In this document: positions 39,013-53,250 of the stretch, one piece after another
How positions within the stretch are numbered: the first letter of the stretch is position 1
How the letters are laid out: each line of letters begins with the position of its first letter
Source of the DNA: Amoebophrya sp. A120
Taxonomy: Eukaryota; Protista; Dinoflagellata
Direction of reading: 5' to 3'
Length of the DNA: 64,000 nt
Assembly (NCBI GenBank): GCA_905178155.1
Contig: CAJINV010000004.1
Location: 4,201,082 to 4,265,081 of the forward strand
Position numbers and translations under genes: made by a program
Notes under the pieces: generated by a model
Database searches by the model: none
Seen by the model: the letters and a program-made list of their open reading frames with translations, nothing else
Told to the model about the DNA's origin: nothing

Positions 39013-39669
39013 ATGCTTGGACTTGTCAAAGTTCTCCTTCCATATTTTCATCTTCTATGCGCCCCGTCATTTTTTGTTTTTGCGATATTGGCTCCGCTAC
39101 CACTAGCCGCAGAAAAAGAGAAGAAGGCTGATGTTCATCTTTCCTCACCCAGCAGCACCGGCGCCCCGCAATCGACATCTTCTACCTCCTCCTCATGTCC
39201 CGGCTTTCCATGTGTGGTTTTCAGAGAGAGACGCAAGCCGCCGCACAACGATAGTTACGAAGTCGATTTTTTCGATGAGGAGAAAGTACCACGCACGTGG
39301 AAAAATGACCACGGCGGCCCGCACGTCCGCACGCCGATGAAAATTCAAACCGGAACGGCAATGAAATGTGAAGCGGTTCCCGATGGTTTCACAGACGTAC
39401 AGAGCATGCAGTTCGCGAGCAAAAACCGGAAACTCGCGACATCGGAGAAAAAATTGTTCATGTGGGGCGTCCATGGCTGCAAAAGTCCCAAAGACACAAA
39501 GAGAACAACCGGGTGTCACATTACGATACCACTCGGGTACGCACCGCAGGAGTTTCAAGAATTGATTGTTATGCTGACCTCGGATGGTGATGATAATGAT
39601 GATGAAAAAACGAATGCACGACAAGACAAGGATGATGATACTGATGATGATTTGGACGATCATCTGTAA
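39013..39669 (+). CDS. Hypothetical secreted protein, single exon
   Basis: MLGLVKVLL..FFVFAILAPLPLAA signal-like N-terminus, Cys-containing body, acidic tail. Confidence 0.55.
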   Translation: MLGLVKVLLPYFHLLCAPSFFVFAILAPLPLAAEKEKKADVHLSSPSSTGAPQSTSSTSSSCPGFPCVVFRERRKPPHNDSYEVDFFDEEKVPRTWKNDHGGPHVRTPMKIQTGTAMKCEAVPDGFTDVQSMQFASKNRKLATSEKKLFMWGVHGCKSPKDTKRTTGCHITIPLGYAPQEFQELIVMLTSDGDDNDDEKTNARQDKDDDTDDDLDDHL

Positions 39670-40134
39670 CGACGCATGTTGAAATAAACTGAGATTGTGC
39701 GGGAGACCGACCACTCGCAGCTTCCACTTCCAAGATAATTCTCATTCTATTTGCTGCCAGTCTCAAGGCTGCTGTGCTGCCAATCGTGAACTCACGTTGA
39801 ATCAGAATGATCTTGATCGACTGGTTCTGGAGATTGCATCTTCTAGGTCCACTGGGTGGTTAGTAAACCTACAAGTTCGTCCTCGTCGCTAGTGGTAGTG
39901 ACGCCCGTTACAATTCTACTTTGTCTTCTCTATGATCTCTATCCAGACAGTTCTTTCTTTTACTTGAAATGATTGAACACCATTGATGCGTTTTACAGTC
40001 AATACAAACATAAAATTATTCTTCTGTGGTGGTGTATTATTTGCGTATGGATGAAATTGTTATAGTTCGAAGATGTTGTGTCGTCCAACAGCACAGCACC
40101 TGACGTTATACCATTTTTTGCATTGCGGACCAGT

Positions 40135-43100
40135 ATGAAAAGGATGTGCTTCCTCCAGTACGCCTTTTTTGCGGGAGCAGCTCGGAGGCATTTCATGATG
40201 ATGAAAATGTTTCTGTCTCTGAGCCTTCTTTTTCTCCTCGAAAGCAGAAGTGGCTGCAAAAATGCAAGCTTTAGCCTGCTTCAGACCGTGAGTGCAGCAG
40301 GAGCCCGTCCACGTAAGCAGTCTCGAACAGCAAGGCAACCCCCGCAGAGTTCTACTTCCCACCTTGCTTCCTCCCTGCGAACCTTCGCCGCGGGGCCGAA
40401 GTTTTCCGAGTTGTGGGAGCGCGCCGCATGGGTTGACAAGGCGCTCGAGGAGCAGGAGGAACAGGACGCGGAAACAACGCGCGACATCGTCCGGGGCTTT
40501 TTATGCAATGCAAAAACATCGTACTCGTATAAATGCAAGTCTTGCGTTACAGATCTGTTTCTTAAGGTAAATCCGCATGACAAATTCCATTTCTCATGCT
40601 GAGGAAATTTGTAATGCAATTATACGAGTGCGATACTTTTGCAATGCATACTTTTTTCACGTGAGCAACTTCGCGTGCGAAGATGATGCGGAGACCACGG
40701 CGTTGCAAGATAGTAGAGAGGATGGCCGTGGTGACCACGAACAGGATCCAGATGCGCAGGTCCTTTGTTCCGAACAGCAAGGAGGTCTACAACTTCTTCC
40801 GAGCGCTGGACCTGGGTCATTTCCTTCTTCGCGAACAAGGCCACCTCTCCAAGACACGCCCCCACAGCTGCTCCTTTCGTCCATTCAGCGTTACTCCGCC
40901 GGAGCGGCACAACCCCAAGAACCTCCGCGAGCCGGCGCGGGGCGCGCTCCTCCTAGCGGGGCGGGCGCAGCACCTTCTAGTGCAGCTGCTGCTGCTGCAG
41001 CACGAGGATCGTCTCATTTCTCAGGTGGAGCCTCCGCTTCGTCTTCAAGCGGTACAACAACCGGGGCAGGCCCGTTGCCCCCCTCGTTTCCTCCACCGAG
41101 CTCTACAAGAACTCGTGGGCCGGGTAGAGCAGTCGTCAGGGGACCAAGAAGTGGAGATGCAGGTGAAGCAGAATCCCGGCGGCAGCAGGTTCTCCTTGAC
41201 GAGGCCACTGCGGATGTATTTGACGAATTACGGGCTGCACCCGCGCGTGCTGGAACAACCACGACGAGTGGAGGCGCAACTACTAGGGGAGCAGGCCGCT
41301 CTACTGCCTCTCAAGCAGATACACCCCCGGTGGTCATCGGGGTCAACAGCAGCACGACCATAGACATCGACCGGCTCCCGGCCGACATGCAGCTGGAAGC
41401 GCTGACGGCGCAAGATCTCCTCGACGGCGAACGAGACTCCGGAGACGAAGACGCGAGCCGCTTATTACACATTCAGTACGGACGGCAGACGAGCGGAAGC
41501 GAGCTGGGGGTTGAACTCCAACAGTTGAAGGACACAATTGATCCGCTCGATTTGCTGGAGCAAATCGCATATGCATTGCAAGTATATTTGGGTCTGGAAA
41601 CTTGTGATGCTAATTTGCGAATGGTGGGCGCACTGCAATATGCAGCCCAGCATGACAAGTTTTTTGTGCTGTTGTGTGTTTCGTTTTTCGCATGACAAGC
41701 TGCGTTTTTGCATGACAGGCAAAAGGCGCTTTTCCTGCTCATGCATCACAGATTTGAGAGTCATGCCAGACAAGCATGACAAACCTCCAGTTTCTTCCAG
41801 ACCCAGACATATTTGCATTTCATATCGCAAACACCGGCTACGCGATATACCCCCATTATTCGTCACCCGAGGATAATGTGCTTTTGGATTCGGACGAATT
41901 AGAACGGTTACTAGATCAGTTCCTCCGCATCCAGCTGCGGCAGTGCAAGAGCGCTTTGTGCAAAATCACGGTGCCGACCGAGGAGGAGGTCCGCGGGAGG
42001 GAGGCGACCGGGAACCATAATCCTTCCTTGCAGGTCGTAAAGCACGACGACCAGGTCCAGGGCCGCGGATATTTAGAGGCACAACGACCATATCAGAACG
42101 AGATTGAGGACTCCTCCCCTCGGGTCGTCGTCATCGGCGACACACACGGGCAGCTGCGGGACGTGCTGTGGATGTTTGTGAAGTACGGCCTGCCCTCCGA
42201 CCGCATATGACAGTGCACAGGAACTCCCCCTCCCCCTCATTTGTCATGCAAAATACAACCCTATCCACCTTTTGCCTCTTGGCACTGTTTGCGTGACAAG
42301 TTCTGGTAGCCTAAATAGCACTACAATCCAGTTCAAATCTGTCATGTAAAATAACCGGCATTCTTGCTGATGCTTGTATTGCTTTGATGAGGTCGCCGAA
42401 AGTGCTTCCTCGCCCACCCCCGGGGAGGGGATCCGTGACCTGTGGATGATGATTGCTGTTCATGCCATAGTTATAGTACAAATGAGGGAGAGGGGGAGTT
42501 GTGCACTGTCATATCGCAATGTGTACCTCGTCAACGGCGACATTGCGGACCGGGGGTTAAACGCCGTCATCATTTTCGCGCTGTTTTTTGCCTTCAAGGT
42601 GAAAAATCCGAAAAGCGTCTACATCAACCGCGGAAATCACGAGGACGAACAGATGAACGCACTGCATGGGTTCGACCACGAGCTGGCCGAGCGATACGGG
42701 TATGAAGACGACGTTTTGGACACGATGCGGCGGAAATTCCTGCAGGCCTACCGTGCGTTGCCGCTGGCGACCGTGGTGGAAAACGCAGTTTTCGTGGTGC
42801 ACGGCGGCTTGCCGAGGTGCGCCGAAACCGTGCGGATGCGGCATCTGGAATGCGTACTTTTTTTCGCTGAAGATGTTTATTTGAAGTTGTATTCGGTGAG
42901 TTGTATAGATAGTGCAACAGGAACAGTACTAGGCGGATCATTTCTCTTTACAGCATCACTTAGATGAAGAAGTAGATTGTGAGCAGCTCCACCTCCCATT
43001 CCATGGTCTTGATGTCTCACCTCTACGCATACTCTCATCTTCAGATCGACTACCGCAAGGCCGTCCCTGCGTACCCGGAGGAGACGCCGGTATGCACTGC

Positions 43101-46100
43101 AAAAGCATCGTACTAGTAGAAATCGCAATACAAATTTCCACAGCATGAGAAATGAAATTTGTAATGCTGATTGACCTTAGGAAAAAGATTTGTAATGCAT
43201 AAGTGCAATTACTACGAGTGCGATACTTTTGCACAGGATAGCCGGGCGACACGCACAAGTCTTTGTGGGACGAATACGTTTCCTATGACAGTGCACAACT
43301 CCCCCTCCGCCTCCCCCTCATTTGTATTGCATGAACAGCAATGGAAGGGCCTGCAAGAGTGCAGCTCTCGCATGACAAATTTTCACTGGATTGCAGTGGT
43401 GTTTGGGCTGTCAGAATCTGTGATGCTAACTTTCCCAGGGGACAAAGAGTGGACTTGGTATTTTGCATGACAAACGAGGGGGAGGGGGAGTTGTGCGCTG
43501 TCATATCTCCAAACGAATGCGGGAGGTGGAACCGACACAGGAATGCTACGACGGGATTTTTTCCGATCTTCTCTGGTCGGACCCGCACAACGGCCTCGGT
43601 CCGCAGCGTTCGGAGCGGGGAAAAAAGTTGCTGAAGTTCGGCCGCTATTCATCGCAAAAGTATCGTACTAGTACAACTCGCATGGCAAATTTGATCAAGA
43701 AGAAAACTGAAATTTGTAATGCGAATTTAGGTAGGAAACCAGATTTGTCATGCATAACTGCGATTACTACGAGTACGATACTTTTGCACAGGATAGCCGC
43801 GACCAGACCACCAAGTTCCTGAAAAACAACAATCTCCGCCTGCTCCTCCGGTCGCACGAGTGTCCGGACCGCAAGGACGGCCGCAGCACGGGCCCCGGCC
43901 CCGGGTTTGAGCGTTTGCAGCAGGGTCTGTGCTACACCATCTTTTCCGCATCCAATTACCGCGGGTCCGTGGGGAATCGTGGATCCGTCGCCTTTTTGCG
44001 GAAAATCGTCGAAGAGCCCAGCCCGAGCCGCGGGGATCGTCCGGACGCATCGATAGACGCGGACCTGGCAGGAGCTGCGCGGGCCAGCTTGTTGCACGGA
44101 ACCGGTCACGGAGGAACTACTGGTGGACAACATCTTCAACCCTCTTCGCCTCGAACAGCTGTAACACAAATAGCGGGACTGCGCCAGGGCGGTGGTCAAC
44201 AATCCTCTCGCCGTGGTTCTACTTCCGAGCCGCCCTTCGTGGATTCGGCGACGGGTCTGATCAACTTGTTCGGGCTGCAGTACCCTCTATGCGGAAGCAT
44301 GTCCGTGGCTAACTCAGAGAACATATGAACTGCAAAAGTATCTTACTGGTAGTAATTGCAACCGTGCATCACAAATTTATTTCTTGAGGTAAATACATGC
44401 TGACCAAATTTGTGATGCAATACATACTAACTAGTACGATACTTTTGCTTTTGCAATGCATAGAACAGCTCGTCCGCCAACGGCGAAATATCCGACGACG
44501 ACAGCACCTGCGATCGCGCGGGCGAGGTCATGGGCATCGATATCATTTGTAAAAACGTTCCCACACCACCACCAGAGTCAAGATGGGAAATCTGCTAGAC
44601 AAATCAGCCAGCTTTGGTCGTTTGGCACGACAAATTTTTCCTAGTAGTGTAATCCTGTGTAGGTAGTTCAGCAGCATCACAGACACAGATCTCGTGCGTC
44701 ATGCTGGTTATAGCATCACAAATTACAAGCACGGCTAGAAAATGCCTCCTATGGCGTTCAGCATGACACACTTTTTTCGCATGCAGATTTGCATGACAAC
44801 TCTGGGTGGGGGACGTTTTTACTCAGGATAATCGAGGGCACGGATTTGTCCTTCCAAGTCGCGGAGCACTACGCGCCGGATTGGCCCACCTGCGTACAAA
44901 ATCTCCGAGAGCTGCTGTGCTTAGAAAAAGCGGCAAGAGGTGGAGGGGGCGGTTCTGGCGGGGGAGCGGCTGGCGCGGTTGCGAGAAATTATACGGGTGC
45001 TTGCTCCTCTGCTGGAGGCCGGGCGAATCTGTACCCGGGTCGTCCTGCTGGAACAATGCCCCCGGACTACCCGCCGCCTCCGCCGCCGAGTGGGGGAAAT
45101 GCAAATGGTACGGCACCACCAGCACTATCCGCACCATTGCACGCGGCGATACAGAAGATGACCCCTATGGGAGCTGCCGCTGCCTCTCGAGGAGGTCAAC
45201 ATCCTGTGCCCCCGGCGTCGCCACCCCCGGGCGTAAGGAGATCGACGCATGATCAAACTGCACCCAGCAACGGAGTTCCAGGACAGTACCAGGTGTATCA
45301 CCTTGCGCGGAACACGCATCCCATGTTCACCCCGGAGTGGTTTCTAAAGCAGCATCTGGAGAGCCACAATGTCAATGCAGATGATGCTAATCCTGCACTG
45401 ACGGCCGGAGCTCCTGCTGTCGCCAACGGGGCGGGTGCGCTTCCGAGACCACCGACTGCCAACGGAGTTCCGGCTTTTGCCGGGAGCTTGCCAGCGGGAA
45501 TCAATGACGACGATCACGTCGTGCAAGACGTGGCCGAAGATCAATCCTCCGCTGCTTCCCCGAGCAGAAGCCGTCCCCGAAGACCAACGCTGCAGTTCTG
45601 GCCGGGGTCAAAGGGAAAAACGGTTTACGCGGCGGCAAAGTACCCGAGCATGAGCAATATGATGCGATACGGTGGGGGAACCACTGGTACTTCGATGGGG
45701 TTGGTCGTGCAGCCCGGATCATCTACTGTTGTTCCGGGTGGTCACCCTGCGGGTAACATGTACTATGTCTCGCCAGCCGCGCTAGCGCAGCACGCAACGC
45801 AGGCAGCGATGATCCACCTCCCGGTCCAAAATCTTCCTACGGTACAAGAAATCGCGGGTGCAGGTGTTGGTCCCTACAACACTACAACTCCGCCGCAAAT
45901 CCCGCTCATTCCGATCACCGCTCATTCCGCTCCACCCCTCATTCTTACGAGAGATATCGTAGATTCAAAAATGATGTCCCGCGCAGAACACCTGCAACTG
46001 CTTGAAAAGAATGCGGAGAACAGCTGCGACAAGGGAAAACAGCTGGAGTCGTTGCGAAGAGAAACGCTCAGCCAGCTGGTCAAGCTGTTGATCGTCTGTA

Positions 46101-49100
46101 AACAAGACTTGGCCGAGGGGTTTGACGAGATTCTGCAGCTCGATAAGTCGACTTCTACAAGTTGTACCACTCAGTGCGACGGCGAGCAGGTAGCTGAGGA
46201 TGAAAAAGACGAACGCGGCGCCACAGTAGAGTCGGATGATGTAGTTGAACAACAATCACAAAATCTTTCCCGCCTCTCTCTCGACGGGGTAGCCGGATCG
46301 GCGCCAGGAGCGTCTTCTTCTTTTCTGTCGAGTGCAGCTGGGCCTAGTTCTGAGGTCGGAGGATCTTCAACAATTTCCAAGGAAACACCATCGAGAAGAC
46401 CGTGCGTCGAGGTCGTGAAAAAGATCAAGAAGAGTGAGAATCCGAATTTAATATCAGCAGCGGATTTCGACCGGGTTTTGGCGACTCGGTGCAAGTCGAA
46501 GATGGATTGGGCCTATGCGAGAACGTACGTCTTGCAGGTGCCGACCGTTGCGGTGGGGGAAATTGTGGAGAAGCCGACGAGTTATGATAGCAGGATGGCC
46601 GTGGGCGGAGGTACGAGCGTGAAAATAGCTCATGTAGTTGGCCAGCAGAACGAGACCAGTGCCGCAGAAGGCGGAACTGTAAGAACTGTTTTATCTTCAT
46701 CGATAGATCTAGATAAAAACGCCGACCAGTTGACTGCAAGTGCTGCAAGCGCCGCCGCCGGTAGCAGCATGATTAGCAACTCTAATTCGGCGCACGAAAC
46801 GATGCTCGGCTTGGGTACTAGTAGCTCTTTGGCCCGACCTCCGGCGTTACAGGTTGGTGCTGCAGTGGATAACGCTACTACGACCATCATGACCAATGCC
46901 CCGGCCTTCACTCGGGGCCCCGCGGTTGTACCAAGCAGTATCAGTAAACAAAAACAGGAGAAAGCAAGCATGACAGGACATCAGCCTCCTAGTACCGCTG
47001 CTTCATCCTTCCAATGCTCTTCCTCCCTTGCCTCCACGTCGGCCACGGCCAGCCGCAGTCTGTCTGCGCTGGTACCACCACTCGCAATCTCCATGTCCTC
47101 ATCTAGTCCTCTACATCCGGCACTTGGCGCAGCAGCTGCACCCGTAGATGAAGTTGCAACCTCTATTGCCTCAAGCCGGAGTACTTCCACCGTGATTCCT
47201 TCAGCCCGGTCGGCTCGAGAGGCGGTGGCGGGCGGGATGAATAAAGGGGGAGGTGGCTTAAGTAGCTTGTCGCCGCGACAAGTATCCGACGAGATCGGCG
47301 GTGGAACTGCAACCGGGACAACGACAGCGGCCGCCGGAAGCAGTAGAGTCACAACTTCAAATTCCCTCGGCCCACTTGAGACGAGCACAAGTTCTCACGC
47401 TAAAAATCCTACTTCGCCCCGGGGTGGATCCAGTGGGGGCGCAGCAGTCTCAACAAACGCTGCGAAACCAGCAGCTTCTCGTCACCTCCTCTTGCACTCG
47501 TCTCCGCAAGTCAGCCCGGCGGTCAGCTTCCGAGACTCGAGGACGGGTGCTCCGAGAAGTCCGAGCCCCGGAATTACGACGAATTCGGGCAGAAATGATC
47601 TGGGACGCGGGGGAAGTTCCCCCTCTGCTCCAGAGCCAGAGGAAGTACTACCCTCTTCTGTTCCTGCTGCCCCTCGCTCGCAAGACTCTCCTGCTGCTCA
47701 GCGACAAAATGAAGAGGTGCAGCACGAAGTGGCAGGACGAGAACACAACTCGAGCAATTTTGATGCAGTACAAGAAGCTGAGGTTTCAGAGCTCGAAAAA
47801 GACCACGACGCAGGTAGTAAAATCGACGCTGCCAAGTTCCTGCAACGCTTGAAGATCGATCTGGTTTCGAGCAAAATGAAGCAACGTTTGGCGGCTTCTG
47901 TGGCGAGGAATTTGTTTGGCGTACTGCAGACTGTTTTTTTGAAAATAACGGTAACGGAAGCGCAAACGGATGCAGTTGTAAATTCCACATCTTCAACAAC
48001 ATCCGCGTGTGGAGATTATATCTCCGGTGAAAAAATGAGGATGAACCATCTATGGAAGGCGTTTTTGCAAAATGAGGCGAAGTTTCTACAGGGTATGGAG
48101 CAGGTGCTGTTGTGTGAAAGAGTAGATTCAGCTTCTTGTGAGATCACCGACCTCCTTACCGACCGGCAGCGGCAGGCAATGGCTCGAGAGTTGCGGCGGC
48201 ACAGACGAGTCTGGGCGAGATGTAGTGGGAAAGGAAAACGCTGCGCCACCAGAATCGTTGTTGAGAAACAGGCGGGGGGGAAAAGCGGCTACAATCTTCT
48301 GACGGATGCTGGCGTCGTGTGGTGGAAGAAGGACACAGATACTCAACAAACTCCTATCAGCCTGTCAACCGACAGCACCAGCCGCATGGCGGAGCCCTTA
48401 AACAGCGCCCTCTTCCGCGAAGTTGTAGTTCCCTATAATACGTCTAGCACGTCTTTGTCTGCGGGAGTAGTCGTGGTTGTTCCATCCGAAGTAGACGCCG
48501 CGCCAGGCCCTCCTCTCGTCTTTGCAGCAAATAAAAGTGCTGGGGCAAGAACAGCTTCCTCCACGAGCGCGAGCACCGGAGCAAAAGGCTCGAATTATGT
48601 TGCCGAACATTTGCACCTGATGCCTCCGCAGCCGAAAGAACAACAGGGAAATGAACTAGATAACACCATAGGCGGCTCAACTACCCCCGATGAGCAAGAA
48701 TTATATGACGAGGACATGGACGAGGGCCGGATTACCTTACCCCCACCCTCGAGCCTTCTGAAACCATCTCCGAGCTTTTTGTCCTCCTTGGACTTCGCCA
48801 CTTCGGGCACGACGAAAACAGATGTGTTGCGAGGTGGACCTGGGAGCGGCAGCACATCACCAGGTCGTCCGCAAGGAGGGGCAGCAAAGACGGCAAGTCC
48901 TCCCTCTTCTCCTTCGTCGTCCACCGGAAGTCGCAGTAGTAGGAGCTCGTCCAGTTCTGATCATGCACCATATACACAACTGGCGGGACCGGGAGCTGCA
49001 CCAGCCCCCGCGTCTTCCTATTTGGACGCTTTTAGTTTTCTGCTCAATAGGGCGGGACGCAGTACTAGCACATCAAAAGTGACCACGGCACCGCCTTTTA

Positions 49101-51502
49101 TCTTCACACGAGAAAAAACAACGTCCGACAGGGGCACATACAACACGACCACTGCGGGCGCCGGTACAAGTTGGCCGCATCAATCTACTTCGGAGGACGA
49201 GTTCTTGGTCGCTGATAGAGCAGCCGTGAGAAGCAGCAGCACCACTCAGACACGAGCCACCACGTCCGCACCCAGGATCTATCCACTGCAAAACCAAAAG
49301 TATCGTATCGTACTCGTACTACGTGACAAGTCCACCGCTCTACCTGATATAGCATGACAAACTCCATTTTTGTTCTTGAAAAAATATGTGATGCAAATCA
49401 TGATACTCCTAGTGCGATACAATACTTTTTCAATGCATAGGCTTCTGGTGCCGACGAGGACAACGACTCCAGCGCCAACATCTACTTCCCAGCATGCTGC
49501 TGGCGCAGCGGGGACTGCTGCTGCATCTACGCGTTTGCTCCACACCCTCCCAGTCCCGGTGCAAAACGCGTGGCCACATCACCCCCAACTTCCCGCCATC
49601 CGCTCCGCACGACAAGAAGCTGGCTCATCTGGCACGAAGATGACGTCGTACACAAATACCGCTGACGCCAAGTACATGTCCCCAACCCAACAGCTTCACG
49701 AAGCCGAGAAAAGCGGGTTGCTGGAACGCAGCAAATCGCCTGTGAAAGGAGTGAATCTGGAGCGAATGAGTAGGGGAGGTTGTACTAGGGATCATGATGG
49801 AAGTGGTCAACTACGACATGATGATCCTAGTGGTTGTTGTACTGCCGGAACTACAGGAGCGCCGCCAGGTGGAAGAGTTTCTCCTTCTTCTCTCGGTAGT
49901 AGACCGCGAACAGGCGGAGCAGGCGGGGAAGGAGGTGGTACTTCTCCCACTTCAGCCGCCGGACGTAGTTTGGTGCAGCAGCAGCTGCCAAAGGTTGTAC
50001 CTTCGCCTGCTCCTGGCATGACATCAACCTCTACTAGTTGTACCCCGGCGCGCGGTGCTCTTGCTGGACCACGAGCAGGGACGCCCATTACGACGAGACA
50101 AAATCCAGTCAGGAGTGCAGGAGCACCAGGAGGGTTTATTTCCCATGCCCCTGCAATGGTTCCAGTCCTTCCCGGTGGGGGCTGCACATCAAATAGCTAC
50201 AGAGCAGGAGAATCAACAGCGGCAGCTGCACCAGCGCCGGTGGACCACCATGCTCGTTCTTCCCAGTCGTCTTTTCGAGAATCCACCTTCGCCCCGCCCT
50301 TCAACTTTCTCGCTGCGCGCAGCAGAGAAAACGATGAAAAAACCGACCGCCTTTTCCAGCAGTTGCCACACCCGACGGAGATCCAGGCCGCTGACGGATC
50401 CTGGACTCTTGACACGGCGCCTTTCGACGCCATTTTGGAGGATCTCGCGGCCGTGGTGTGGGAGGACACTCTCATTTTCCTCTTACGGTATCGCATCCCG
50501 CTGCTCCATGCCCTGCTGGCGCATGAAGATCGGTATGATAGTATTAACAACGCTGGTCGTCGTGGGGGCAGAAGTTCTTCTTCGTCAGCGTCAGGTGTCG
50601 GGGGTACTAGTACAAGCAGAGGAGTAAGGAACGCGCTCGCGGCTTCATCTTCTTCGTCTACAACTTCTCCTTCTCAGACCTGTAGCCGAGGTGGACCTCC
50701 TCCTCCGCAACTACAGCAGTCTTCTTCACCACGACCAGGACGTCCAGGAGCTGCTCCCGAGATGGTCAACAACATCTCGCTCAGAGACGAACTGATCGAC
50801 GCGCTTTCCAAAATCCAGCAAGTCGCGGTTACCCTCCGGGAAAGTGAGGAACGGATGATATTAGCTGCCGGTCGTGCTCGTGCTCGTGCATCTTCAACAA
50901 GCGAGAGGGCAGTGCGGGCAGGTGAAGTACAGGAAAGTACTATACCGCACGACGAGGACCTCCACGCAGCGCCGAGTGGTGGAACAGACGCTGGGTGGGA
51001 TCGCGACAAGGAAGCGACGCCCCGCCAAGAGAAGATCTTCACAGGTGATGTTGACGGAGACACGGGAAATGCGAAATCTCCCAAGAAGAGTAGTACTCGA
51101 AATTTGCAAGAAATTCTCACGTTGGAGCTAGAAGCAACACGACAAGTGTATCAGGAGCTGCCCCCGCAGTTGCCTTTGCTAACTCAAACCCAGATTGAGT
51201 ACTTGGTAGATGCGCTGCTGGCTAGTGTCGACGGAGAAAATGACGCGGCGCGGAGGAAATCCCTCATGGCAACGTTGGGAGACTATCACACAGATGAAAA
51301 AACCAGGCAGGTCATTTGTAATGCAAAAATGCATAAACAAAAAACTCTGTATTGCGTGTCCTCAGCAGCTTGCTGTGGGGCCGCCCAAGACAGATTTTTC
51401 TGTGTATTTATGTTTGCATTACAAATATGAACTGCCTGCTTCTTTCTGTGTGATAGAGATCCGAATCAGGAGTTTGTGAAAATCTTCTTGGGGTCGTCGT
51501 GA
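40135..51502 (+). CDS. PPP-family Ser/Thr protein phosphatase (PPEF/PP7-like) with very long low-complexity C-terminus; 10 introners and GT-AG intron 42854-43044; start uncertain
   Basis: GDTHGQ, NGDIADRG, NRGNHE, VHGG, DLLWSDP, RSHE, TIFSASNY after splicing. Confidence 0.85.
40502..40650. mobile_element. Introner family A
   Basis: TSD CTTTT. Confidence 0.9.
41570..41824. mobile_element. Introner family F
   Basis: TSD TCGCA. Confidence 0.92.
42206..42513. mobile_element. Introner family C
   Basis: TSD CCGCA/TCGCA; restores GLPSDRNVYLVNGD. Confidence 0.92.
43091..43240. mobile_element. Introner family A
   Basis: TSD GCCGG. Confidence 0.92.
43284..43505. mobile_element. Introner family C
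   Basis: TSD TTTCC/TCTCC. Confidence 0.92.
43646..43795. mobile_element. Introner family A
   Basis: TATTCATCGCAAAAG..TTTTGCACAGGATA; TSD GCCGC. Confidence 0.92.
44324..44462. mobile_element. Introner family A
   Basis: TSD GAACA. Confidence 0.9.
44541..44830. mobile_element. Introner family B
   Basis: TATCATTTGTAAAAACGT / ACGTTTTTACTCAGGATA; TSD ATCGA. Confidence 0.92.
49280..49439. mobile_element. Introner family A (degenerate)
   Basis: TATCCACTGCAAAA..TTTTTCAATGCATA; TSD GGATC/GGCTT; joins ORFs 44789 and 49370 in frame. Confidence 0.85.
51284..51455. mobile_element. Introner family K
   Basis: TATCACACAGA..CAGGCAG..TTTGTAATGC / GCATTACAAA..CTGCCTG..TCTGTGTGATA; TSD GAGAC/GAGAT. Confidence 0.87.
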
Positions 51503-53250
51503 TGAATCCCTTTATTTCTAGAGTGTACGCATGCACCAACCTGAACCTTCATCAGCGATATTCTGAGAATAAAGTACTAGATTAATTTTGATTATGCAAG
51601 TTGTCCACGGTGCTTCTAAGGCAGTAAGCGATCCTAAACCGTAATGAGCCTTGTTCCACATCGGTAATCCAGGAGACCGCGGAGGCCTCGGTTAGATGAT
51701 TTTCCAAGTAGCCTTTCTCGCATCTAGTAATTTTGGATAAAATCGATCACGTGAGGTATGTTTTTCTCTGGTCTTCGGCATCGATTTTGCATTTCACGGT
51801 TAACATCTAAGGTAGTGTGCAAATCATTGTCATTGAAAATTTGATATAGAAATGCCTTCTTTGACGTTTTGCTATGTGGGGGTTCCATTGCTAGCAAAGT
51901 CCCGGACTGACAAATGAAACACAAAATGCACAAAAAAAAAAACTACAACTGCTGCAGCAGCTCCTTCTGTATTGGAATACGAATAGAGCACGATGAGAAG
52001 TTTGGTCGCATGGCAGAGCTTGTTGGGCGATTCCGTGTGCGCCGCTGTAGCAGCATTCTGCAGAAATAAAACAACCATTGTGTTCGTAGTTGTGCCTTGT
52101 AGGTTGAAACAAAAGTTGTAAGAGAAGGCAGAGCAACATTTTTTTGCCAATCACGGCCAGAAGAGTGCCATTGTCGGTTTTTGTTTTTTCCAACAAAACC
52201 AAAATGCGTTGAGAGAGCAAAGAGTCAGAGAAAAGCAACCAGCTGACGAGCTACTGGAGAGATGATGATGTATGAAGTTCAACTGCTTCGTGCGCCTGCC
52301 TATGAGAGCCAAACTTTGTGCAAGACACGAGATTGAAGAGAGCTGGCAGAAGATGAATAGTACCTTCATTAATCACAAACAGGAGGAGTTGTTTGTTCGG
52401 CTTTTACCCCATTCTTATCTCTACCCTTCTCCAATATCTTGTTTTACCGCTCTAATTTGATAAAAATAACTACTCGTTTTGTTTCTTTTCTTGCACTTCT
52501 ACGACGACCTACCAAAATAGCACTATTGTTTCTATTCTCCCCCACAGCTAGCTCACACAACTACATCTCTGTAAGTATCAACAACTCTTTTACTAGTTTT
52601 TTAATAAACAGCTCTGCAAGCAGTATCTATAACAACCGAACACATCAACGAATCACATTTTGAAAACTACAAGTTTTTCAACTACTGGAGAAATAATAGG
52701 CAACTACGAGTCAGAGCAAAAGAAACGAAAACACGACTAGTACTCAAAAAAAGTATCAGCACCAGTATTATTCGTCGAAAAGGAGCCTGAACCACGATAT
52801 TTGCTATCGTGAAGGTGAAGGTTTATTCGGACATCACATTTGTTGAAAGATTCTAAAACTAAGACAATAAGTACGTTATTGTTTGAAAATATCGAGGACG
52901 TTCGACCTCTAGGGTCGTCCAGGACGAGCTGTACACTCGTCGAAAAAAATAAAACACAAACACAAACAGCACATGAAAAGCAGCACTTGTTGTCTCAACG
53001 TGTAGCCTAAAAGGACAAATTGTAAGATAGTAGAGGAAGGGAACAATATTAAAACACGATCCTGTCAAAAAAATCGCGTTTACTTGTCATCCGCTTGTGT
53101 GCTGCTGAAAAAAACGTTCGTCGTTTGACGTTTGATTTCACTCAGCACCGGAGCAGGAGGTGAACAAGATCTGGAAGAAGACAGAACTACTTACACTGCA
53201 GGAAAGGAAAACCAACAGCACCGAGCGGCACCGCAACCCCTATCGTCAAA